Below are positions 9,001 through 16,838 of a stretch of DNA of 20,000 bases, piece by piece. Where the stretch lies: IMG/VR virus record IMGVR_UViG_3300009104_000011; one strand, written 5' to 3'. The stretch's first letter is position 1, and the number at the start of each line of letters is the position of its first letter. The notes beneath the pieces were generated by a model. The model saw only the letters and a program-made list of their open reading frames with translations, searched no databases and had not been told where the DNA came from. Position numbers and translations under genes: made by a program. This DNA comes from an uncultured virus (IMG/VR IMGVR_UViG_3300009104_000011) (Duplodnaviria; Heunggongvirae; Uroviricota; Caudoviricetes).

Positions 9001-11072
9001 ATTTCATCAGAACTAATGGAGAAGTCGTTCAAGTGAATGACAAGGACGTCAATACCCTTGAGAAGAACAAAGATTACACGCTCTACGGAGCAAGACACAA
9101 CCCAAGTGGTGAACAAATGGTATCAGTAGTTTACAATAACGACGCAGCGGCAGAGTATGCCGACAATGATGTGGGAGATTCGATAGCAGATCATCCCGAA
9201 GACCGAAGCATAAGAGGCAATCCAGGTAAGAAATTAACTTGGAGAAATCTGAGACTGCAATCAGCAATAGATGGTGAAGCAACTGTAAAGGGACGAGTAG
9301 GTACGGCAGTTGGTGCGCCTGAGAAACTACTACGATTTGCAGGGAGTGCAATCCTGTCTGGGGTAATAGCAAGCGATCAATCACTAAGAGACGACCCAAT
9401 GTTGGTTATTTCTACAGCAAAAGATTGGTACGCATACATCCAAAAAATGAATACCGTAGACATTGGTGCAGAATTTGCTGCCGGTGTTTCACACGCACAA
9501 CGTGCCTCTAACGCAATGTTCGCTCACGAGTGGGAGAACGATCCAGGCCACCACAATCTCTCAGGAAGACTTCTTCCGGGAGCAGATATTCAAGATGCAA
9601 TTGCAAAGGGACAAATTGCTTACGATGTATTAACTCGCGGCAGAGACATTCTCGCTCAACAGGGATACGGTGCAAACCAACAGGAAGTAATGCACAAGTT
9701 AGTTTTCGATATACTGCGCTCACTTCCAATCAGAACTTACAACTTTTACACACTCTTTAGACTCCATCCCGACGAAGGAAACGCAATCTACTCTGAGTTC
9801 CAGAGCCGATACATTCCTCTTGATACCGCTGAGGTAGAAATGGTTCTTGAGATGCAAAGAGCATTGGACTTGGAAGGAGACGCTTATGCTTTCCGAACAA
9901 CTGCTAATGAACAACAAGGAGTTCTTTCGGCAAGGCTCATGAGATCTGCTGTAGCAGATTATGCCGCAGGTGACACAGTATCAGTTAGAACAATCTTGAT
10001 GACACTGCAGGCACCACCTTACAATTACAGAGCAAGAGGCGTACAAATTGCTGCTGCTGGTGGTGACGCTAGTGCAGCCACCGGTCATGAAACAATCTAC
10101 ATGGAGTTCAAACTTGCTAACAACGAAATGGTAGAAACGGCTAGTCAGAACGTACAAGGAATCAAGAAACTGTCCAAGGACAAGATAGGTGGTTGGGCAA
10201 TTGGAGTTCAAGAACACCACATGGATGATAAAAACCAACTCCAAATCGCTAAAGACTACAAGGATAAGTACAAAACAGTACCTATCGCTCACAGTCAATA
10301 TGATCCAACCCCTGCCTACTTGGCAGTTAGATTCAAATCTACTGGAAAGAAGAAGAAAGGCAAAGGTGGAGACTCTTGGACACTTGTAAACTACGAGGAA
10401 GACTACTTGAGAGTAGGCAACCAGTCCGAAGCAGGTCGTTCTGCAAGAAACATTAGACAAGGTCTAGGTAGCGGTGGCGGCAGGCAAAGTTACGATAGAA
10501 GGCAGCGTGGCGGCCACCGAAGTGACTCAGACTGGGGTAAAGGCTCGCGCGATAGAGGTCGCAGAAATCCCAAAAAGAAAGCAAAGTCAAAGGGTGCAGG
10601 TAGAGGAAATTATCTCTTCGTAGAAATACACGATAAACGCCAAATTGACATGAAGCGACGAGAACCTGCAAAGGGAAAGCAAAAGGGAGAAACTCGACAC
10701 GGAACTGGTAAATCCAAGAAGGGACAGGGTTATTGGAGCCGTGGAGTAAGCAAACATTTACCTGCTGGACAAATGCTACAGATGGGTACTTTGAAGAAAA
10801 CCGGCGAAGAAGCACCGTTCCGAATAAGATTCCCTAGGTCACATTTTGCGACAGTTGCTCATCAATCATTGAAGCCAGGGCAAAAGACGCTGATTCCAAA
10901 GAAGAATAAGGCCAATAAAGAATTCGTAGAGGCGTATCAAGACTTCGTGGACTACTATGGGATGCCTGTTATGACTTCTTCAAGAGACACACAACCCCGC
11001 TTTGTTGTCCCGAAGGAAGCAAGACTCTCTTCGCCGTACTACCAAGAAGTACGAAAACAAATCGGCCAGTGA
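8997..11072 (+). CDS. Hypothetical 691-aa protein with strongly basic K/R/G-rich C-terminal third; candidate DNA-condensing core protein
   Basis: TGKKKKGKGG and RDRGRRNPKKKAKSKG tracts; RHNP, RGNP and RRNP motifs. Confidence 0.8.
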   Translation: MNFIRTNGEVVQVNDKDVNTLEKNKDYTLYGARHNPSGEQMVSVVYNNDAAAEYADNDVGDSIADHPEDRSIRGNPGKKLTWRNLRLQSAIDGEATVKGRVGTAVGAPEKLLRFAGSAILSGVIASDQSLRDDPMLVISTAKDWYAYIQKMNTVDIGAEFAAGVSHAQRASNAMFAHEWENDPGHHNLSGRLLPGADIQDAIAKGQIAYDVLTRGRDILAQQGYGANQQEVMHKLVFDILRSLPIRTYNFYTLFRLHPDEGNAIYSEFQSRYIPLDTAEVEMVLEMQRALDLEGDAYAFRTTANEQQGVLSARLMRSAVADYAAGDTVSVRTILMTLQAPPYNYRARGVQIAAAGGDASAATGHETIYMEFKLANNEMVETASQNVQGIKKLSKDKIGGWAIGVQEHHMDDKNQLQIAKDYKDKYKTVPIAHSQYDPTPAYLAVRFKSTGKKKKGKGGDSWTLVNYEEDYLRVGNQSEAGRSARNIRQGLGSGGGRQSYDRRQRGGHRSDSDWGKGSRDRGRRNPKKKAKSKGAGRGNYLFVEIHDKRQIDMKRREPAKGKQKGETRHGTGKSKKGQGYWSRGVSKHLPAGQMLQMGTLKKTGEEAPFRIRFPRSHFATVAHQSLKPGQKTLIPKKNKANKEFVEAYQDFVDYYGMPVMTSSRDTQPRFVVPKEARLSSPYYQEVRKQIGQ

Positions 11073-13546
11073 TTAGGATGAGAGTAAAGGTACCCAGAGA
11101 TCTTGCGGGAGGTTCTCTCCTTAATGCACATAGGTGGGTAAAGTCCACTATTGCAAGACAAAATCCAGGTGGTTCAACGTCTGATTACAAGATACAGGAA
11201 ACTAATGGAACACCAATTAGTTTGAGTGATTTGACTAGCAGAAACTTTGACGAAGTCTTAGTGATATCCGGAACAAGAAGTAACCCACCTGAACGCGGCG
11301 CACTTGCAGACAGAGCCGCAGAGCGCGGATTTATTGACGCAGACACTTCTAACTACCCAGTGGCTTCACCAGATTGGAGATACCCCAGTTATAGTGACAA
11401 TAATAGGATAGGTAATAACATAGCAAAACTACTACCTAAGGATATAGATGCTTCTATGCTAAATAGACTAGCAGCACAGAACGGTATGTTCAGCGCATTG
11501 AATACAACCACGAAGTTACTTTACACCGATGAAGGACATTTCTCAGATTCCGCAACCGACCCACAAGTCGCAGCACTATTGCAAACGTATGCTAACGCAC
11601 AGCAGAAACTACAACATCCGATTCTTTCCAACCCAGCGAGGACGTTCTTTGGTCCTGATATGAATGATGGATACAGGGGAGTTCTCTCGCCTGATGAAGC
11701 AGTCAAGGTATGGGCAGCAGATAAGTTCAAACTCGATAGCACCAGATTAGGACCAGTCCAATCCACACAATTAATGGATCGGGCCAGAATAATTAGAATG
11801 TACGATTTAGATAATTCAGAGAACCTTAACAATTTCATAGATCATGTTCTGACTCCGTATCTAGTAACGTCCATTGCAAACGCAAACTTGCTAAAGGCCA
11901 TGAGACACGGAGACTATCATCAAACCACAAAGGAGGCCCTAGGTAGATTCAAGGGAGATATGGAAGATACCCCACAGTGGAAGAAATTACTCGCAATGCT
12001 ACCAATGCACGCAAAGGACTTCTACGATGGAAAAGACTACGCTCTTATTGCTCACCCTGTCTTCCAAAGACGAAGCCTAGCAATTCAAGCAATGGATAAG
12101 AGACTCATCAAGCGAATAATGAAGATAGTCAAAGACCATCCAGATAACGCAAACGAAGCACTATCTCCAGGTGAAATCCGTCCCGGTTATAGATCTGCAG
12201 GAGTCGTAGGACTGATAGAGAGTCTTATGGTTCCAGAGAGAAGGGAGATAAACAACCTATTGATTGCTCAACAGCAGATACTGACAACAACAGATCCATC
12301 GGCGCATTTAGAACTTCTAAGAGAACTATACTTGGGTGACAGTAGAGATGAATCTATTGCTAACTCAGTTCGCGACATGGTTATTGGTGACAAAGTAAGT
12401 TACCAAAGAGATGTTGCAGGTTTCCGACCCACGCCTCCACCATACTGGCCTAAACCGGTTGTTCTTGCGGTAATGGATGCATTGAAGGAAAACATCCACG
12501 CTTTCATCGAACAAACAGATAGATTTGGAGTAGCCTTTAGACAACTAGCCAGTATACCTCATATGCCAGTGAATAGAGATCAGAGGATTACTTTCACTCT
12601 TGGAAATGAACAAGCCTCGATGTCACTAGACAGTCTAATCAATCTAAGGAATATTCTGGCACCTCTTTCACCCTCTGTGCTGATGGCTAGCGGTGGTGCG
12701 CAGGGAGTAGATAATCCGACTACTGGAAGGCTGGGTGCCGCGGTTGTAGTTGAAGAGCCAGGTAGACGCGAAATGGAATTTAGGTCGATAGGTATGTCAC
12801 CAAGACAGTCGAGTCCCCTATTCGGAGGGGGCGTATCTGATGATGAGAGAATACTACATTGGAACGATGTGCGTTTCATCATAGCGGCGTTCACTAAGAA
12901 CAGAAATTATTTCCGTGACGGGCTTATGCAGAAAGACGCAGCGGAGATACGGACACTCTTTGAACACATGATTCACAAGTATAGTCGGACAGAGTTTAAC
13001 GAACTTGCAGATGAGACACTTAACCTGCTTTCGATATTTATGGAAGTAGAGGAAACTGCCAGACACAAGTACAATTACGCTATGACCGAAAATGACAGAG
13101 CATTTGTGCTGTATCTTCTGAATAGACTTTTTGACACGATTCAAGTTCAACCCGAATGGGGAGACGGAAGTGGAGACGGCGGTCCGGGCGGAAGGTCTGA
13201 TGATGAAATAGTGAATATTTTGATGCACATGCAAGGACCAGATCAAGCAGTAAGTAATGATCAGATGAACCGTAGACTTCAATTTAATAGAAGGGTTACT
13301 GCGATATCTAACAGGCTTATTCGGGATTATGAAGCAGGCGGTATGGTTCCTCGCCCAACAGAAGTCAATAACATATTTGATGAATTACAACGTGATGTGG
13401 AACTAAGTGCATGGGGACGTAATTTAGTAGCGCACGAAAGAGCGAGAGTATTGAGAGAGATACAATATGATTATGCCCCTAATCAAGCAGTTGAAAGACA
13501 CCGCATGTATGCTGATATTGACGCTATTGGGCGTGATGATAGATGA
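11069..13546 (+). CDS. Hypothetical ~825-aa mainly helical protein
   Basis: Long ORF; GTG 11069 overlaps the upstream stop, and ATG 11078 is a likely alternative start. Contains RQNP, RSNP and LSNP motifs. Confidence 0.8.
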   Translation: MIRMRVKVPRDLAGGSLLNAHRWVKSTIARQNPGGSTSDYKIQETNGTPISLSDLTSRNFDEVLVISGTRSNPPERGALADRAAERGFIDADTSNYPVASPDWRYPSYSDNNRIGNNIAKLLPKDIDASMLNRLAAQNGMFSALNTTTKLLYTDEGHFSDSATDPQVAALLQTYANAQQKLQHPILSNPARTFFGPDMNDGYRGVLSPDEAVKVWAADKFKLDSTRLGPVQSTQLMDRARIIRMYDLDNSENLNNFIDHVLTPYLVTSIANANLLKAMRHGDYHQTTKEALGRFKGDMEDTPQWKKLLAMLPMHAKDFYDGKDYALIAHPVFQRRSLAIQAMDKRLIKRIMKIVKDHPDNANEALSPGEIRPGYRSAGVVGLIESLMVPERREINNLLIAQQQILTTTDPSAHLELLRELYLGDSRDESIANSVRDMVIGDKVSYQRDVAGFRPTPPPYWPKPVVLAVMDALKENIHAFIEQTDRFGVAFRQLASIPHMPVNRDQRITFTLGNEQASMSLDSLINLRNILAPLSPSVLMASGGAQGVDNPTTGRLGAAVVVEEPGRREMEFRSIGMSPRQSSPLFGGGVSDDERILHWNDVRFIIAAFTKNRNYFRDGLMQKDAAEIRTLFEHMIHKYSRTEFNELADETLNLLSIFMEVEETARHKYNYAMTENDRAFVLYLLNRLFDTIQVQPEWGDGSGDGGPGGRSDDEIVNILMHMQGPDQAVSNDQMNRRLQFNRRVTAISNRLIRDYEAGGMVPRPTEVNNIFDELQRDVELSAWGRNLVAHERARVLREIQYDYAPNQAVERHRMYADIDAIGRDDR

Positions 13547-14565
13547 CCATTAGCGACCAAGTAAATGAGATGGTGCAGGAACTCAGAGCGTGGAACGAAT
13601 CAGACAATCCTAAATTTCTTGGTGACCAACTTTATGACCCCCTTGGTTGGGAGGAATTGAGAGAAAGACAACTCGATATCAAAGTGGTAAATAAGGGAAT
13701 TTCAGACATTGCACCACACCTTGATGCTCAGGCATCATTTGTTCTAACTTCGCTAGACCAAGGCCTTGACAGTGTTAGAGTCGATATTCGCAGATTGTAC
13801 GCTGGTTTCCAAGAATTCGCAAAAGGAGAGGACCGTCCAATCAAGAATCTAAACACAATGACTGACTCTCAAAGAAAGACAAAAATGGCACGGTTAAGAG
13901 AAGATTATTTGTTTTTCTTTGCAGATGTTGCACAGAATTCAACGTCCTTATACACCAGTAAAGGATTGATACAGAACGCTATTGAGACATTACGAATGCA
14001 GAGTAAACTTGCTAACTCTGTAAATGCTCTAGGTGGCAAAATGGAGAACTCTGTAACCTATACTCAACTGGCTGATCGACTACAAGCACTCTATGATAAT
14101 GTGTCCAATCTCGGTATGGCTTTGCAAAAGTTACAAATGACAATTAAGAAAGTTAAAGATCCGCCAAGACAAAGGTATCCAAAAATGGATACGAAGCAGG
14201 GCGATAATCAGTTTGTGGATAAATTATACTATGATGTTTTGACTGAGTGGTTAAGAGTTCTCGCTCACTGTCACAAAGTCGAGAATTCAGTGCGTACAAT
14301 GAGTGCGCAGTTTGTAAAAGTAAAAGGACTGAAAGGAATGTCTAAAGATCGACATGGAATGGATACTCTGCCAGAAATTTTGGATAAATACAAGGCAATC
14401 AATAATGAGGCGAAAGCAACGTTCCCTAACTATCGACCAATGTTATTTGAGTCAAAAGTAAAGTTTGCCGAAGCAATGGACCATGCGACCAAAAGAAAAA
14501 GTAAGCGTCGGGCTCTTGTGAAAGCAAATCAGGAACTATTGTCGCGATTAGAAGAGATCTTCTAA
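13543..14565 (+). CDS. Hypothetical 340-aa helical/coiled-coil protein
   Basis: ATGA overlap with the upstream gene; heptad-like pattern; basic C-terminus. Confidence 0.8.
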   Translation: MTISDQVNEMVQELRAWNESDNPKFLGDQLYDPLGWEELRERQLDIKVVNKGISDIAPHLDAQASFVLTSLDQGLDSVRVDIRRLYAGFQEFAKGEDRPIKNLNTMTDSQRKTKMARLREDYLFFFADVAQNSTSLYTSKGLIQNAIETLRMQSKLANSVNALGGKMENSVTYTQLADRLQALYDNVSNLGMALQKLQMTIKKVKDPPRQRYPKMDTKQGDNQFVDKLYYDVLTEWLRVLAHCHKVENSVRTMSAQFVKVKGLKGMSKDRHGMDTLPEILDKYKAINNEAKATFPNYRPMLFESKVKFAEAMDHATKRKSKRRALVKANQELLSRLEEIF

Positions 14566-14574
14566 ACCAGTAGC

Positions 14575-14603
14575 CGTATAAACACCTACCCCTTGCGAAT
14601 AGC
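14575..14603 (+). promoter_or_regulatory. Candidate archaeal TATA box, leaderless transcript
   Basis: TATAAAC at 14577-14583, 27 nt upstream of GTG 14604. Confidence 0.55.
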
Positions 14604-16289
14604 GTGAGCAGCGCAGCATTTTGTGGTGATTGTGGAACTAGAGCCAATCCTAGTAGAGTCACGTGTTTTCAATGTGGTAGCAAATTGCCACATACTCATG
14701 TAAGAGAAAACCCGGCTTTATATGCAAAACTATCTAGAGAATTACCTCCTGCAGCAGTTTTCGATCTCGATATGACAATCTTTGATAACTCGCAGCGATT
14801 TAAGGATGCGCGGCGGGCAGGTTTGGTCGATAAAGAAGGAAAGGCTGTATCAAAAGGCATGATGAGTAAAGGCCAAGCATGGAGAAAGCGAAACAATTTC
14901 CTTTACAGTAAGAAGAATCTACGAAAGGACACAGTAATCCCTGGAGCAAAAGAACTAGTAAATGAACTAGCAAATGAAGGATATACTATAGTGTATCTAA
15001 CTGCTAGACCTAAAGAACACTATGAGGCTACTATAGAGCAACTAGAATATTTTGGATTCCCTCTCTTTAGAGACAACAAGGGAGAAACTCTTCTGATAAC
15101 GAAAGAGCAAAGGAATACCCAAGTTGGTGCATACAAAGGTAATGCGCTAAGAGAACTATCTGGAAATTACAAAGTGGAAATGTTCTTCGATGATGACCAT
15201 AGAGCACTAGAAGAAGCACTCAAATTGAAAATCCCCGGTGTGTATAGCACAGTAGACCAAAGAACAAACCCCGGTGCGGGTGACGTCCACATTGCAGAAG
15301 AAGACATTGAAAAAGCATATAGAATGATGCCAGATCCTGATGATGAAGATGATCGAACTGTTGGGGAGACGATGAATCCATCAGATACTGACGAATATCG
15401 TGAGGCAGCAGGTGCAATAGTGATGAACGAAGACAAAGTTTTGCTACTACGTAGGTCTGTAAAGGAAACCTCCCGACACGGTATGTGGGAACTTCCCGGA
15501 GGAAAACTTGAGGAAGGAGAGACTCCCGAAGATGCTGCTATTACTGAAACAAAGGAAGAAAGTGGTCTAGATGTTGTACTCGATAAAAAAGTCGGTGAAC
15601 ACGTTGATCACAATATGAACAAAGTCTATCACGCTTATATTGCAGAACCCACAAGTGTAGATCAAGAAGTTAAATTATCAGAAGAACATGACGAAAGCCA
15701 ATGGATGACTATTGAGGAAGCACTTGCTTTAGAGGAAGGAAAACTAAGCCATCATGCAAAGTTCTTCTTTGCAAAAATGAAGGTTCTTTCCAACCCAGCA
15801 AAGCGTGGTAAAGATTCCAAGGGACCTTACTACCGTTGGGGTGGTGGAAAGAAATACCATTACAAGGCTGGCAATAAGAAGTCAAGAGAAGCGGCAAGAA
15901 AGAAGGCTTACGGCCAAGCAAGAGCCGCATTTGCTGGTGGCTACAAAAAGAATCCAGCAAGTCCTAAGAAGGTAAAGAAAGCAGAGAAACTTTACAAGCA
16001 CATGAATGGCCAAGAACCAGAGAAGGTAAAAGTTGAGAATATAGATATTGGCAATGTCTGGTACAAGGTCGGAGAAGGTGGGTGTTGGCAGATTGGTTAT
16101 ATGTCTGGCAAAGAAACTGGTAAAGAAGAGCAGAAATATGTTCATACATTCAATGAGGAAACAAAAGATGGCAATTTCCCAGAACTCTATGCAACTATGC
16201 CCGACAAAGGTAAGCCTATGTTGATCATCAAAGGTGGTACTTGGAAGATTAAAACTGACGACAAGGGCGTTGCTTGGATATACGATTAG
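14604..16289 (+). CDS. Multidomain protein: Zn ribbon + HAD-superfamily phosphatase + Nudix hydrolase + basic module + C-terminal domain
   Basis: CGDC...CFQC zinc ribbon. HAD motifs DLDMT (14763), YLTAR, YK and FFDDD (15183). Nudix box GGKLEEGETPEDAAITETKEESGL (15498-15569). Confidence 0.88.
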   Translation: MSSAAFCGDCGTRANPSRVTCFQCGSKLPHTHVRENPALYAKLSRELPPAAVFDLDMTIFDNSQRFKDARRAGLVDKEGKAVSKGMMSKGQAWRKRNNFLYSKKNLRKDTVIPGAKELVNELANEGYTIVYLTARPKEHYEATIEQLEYFGFPLFRDNKGETLLITKEQRNTQVGAYKGNALRELSGNYKVEMFFDDDHRALEEALKLKIPGVYSTVDQRTNPGAGDVHIAEEDIEKAYRMMPDPDDEDDRTVGETMNPSDTDEYREAAGAIVMNEDKVLLLRRSVKETSRHGMWELPGGKLEEGETPEDAAITETKEESGLDVVLDKKVGEHVDHNMNKVYHAYIAEPTSVDQEVKLSEEHDESQWMTIEEALALEEGKLSHHAKFFFAKMKVLSNPAKRGKDSKGPYYRWGGGKKYHYKAGNKKSREAARKKAYGQARAAFAGGYKKNPASPKKVKKAEKLYKHMNGQEPEKVKVENIDIGNVWYKVGEGGCWQIGYMSGKETGKEEQKYVHTFNEETKDGNFPELYATMPDKGKPMLIIKGGTWKIKTDDKGVAWIYD

Positions 16290-16297
16290 GTGATTAA

Positions 16298-16597
16298 ATG
16301 CCACATAAATTTGGGATATCTGAACTCACTTGGACCTACATTGGTGTTGCATCTGCGACGCTACTTCTTATGACAACGTCAAAGACCGCAGCAAATACTA
16401 TAGGCAAAGAAGGAGTCTTTGGTTACGGGAAGAGTAAAAAACTTGCCTCACTTGGGAAGAGCAAGGAGAAAACCTGGGGTGATTTACAAAATGCTTCATT
16501 AGTGCTGCTCGCTCTGACTATGTTAGAGAGTAGCCACGACTCGATTCAAAGACTCACGAACGCTCGACAGGCAAGTAAATACAAGGATATATTTTAG
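16298..16597 (+). CDS. Small membrane protein (two hydrophobic segments)
   Basis: SD AGGTGA at 16288-16293; segments WTYIGVASATLLLM and ASLVLLALTML. Confidence 0.75.
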   Translation: MPHKFGISELTWTYIGVASATLLLMTTSKTAANTIGKEGVFGYGKSKKLASLGKSKEKTWGDLQNASLVLLALTMLESSHDSIQRLTNARQASKYKDIF

Positions 16598-16606
16598 GTG
16601 ATAATT

Positions 16607-16828
16607 ATGGCAGAAATTTGGAATCCATTTGACGCAGATAACCCAGTTTACAAAGATCTTGCAAAGCAAACTGCAATCAATAAAAACTACTGGAGAATAG
16701 CCGGAAGCATTGCATTGTTGATGTTTGTTGCAGATCAGGCAGGTAAGCGAGGTTGGGCAAAGAAAGCATCGAGAGCCACGGGGATAGGAGCATACAAAAA
16801 TAACCCCTATGGGATAATCCGCAAGTGA
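16607..16828 (+). CDS. Small single-TM basic protein (73 aa)
   Basis: SD AGGTGA at 16596-16601 favours ATG 16607 over the track's GTG 16598. Has TM IAGSIALLMFVA and three NP dipeptides. Confidence 0.75.
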   Translation: MAEIWNPFDADNPVYKDLAKQTAINKNYWRIAGSIALLMFVADQAGKRGWAKKASRATGIGAYKNNPYGIIRK

Positions 16829-16838
16829 GGCGGAGGTA

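Noticed and set aside
14640..14651. RANP inside the Zn ribbon as a definite cleavage site
   Set aside because: NP is common between the CxxC pairs of such ribbons, and cutting there would split the domain; kept only as an uncertain member of the motif set.
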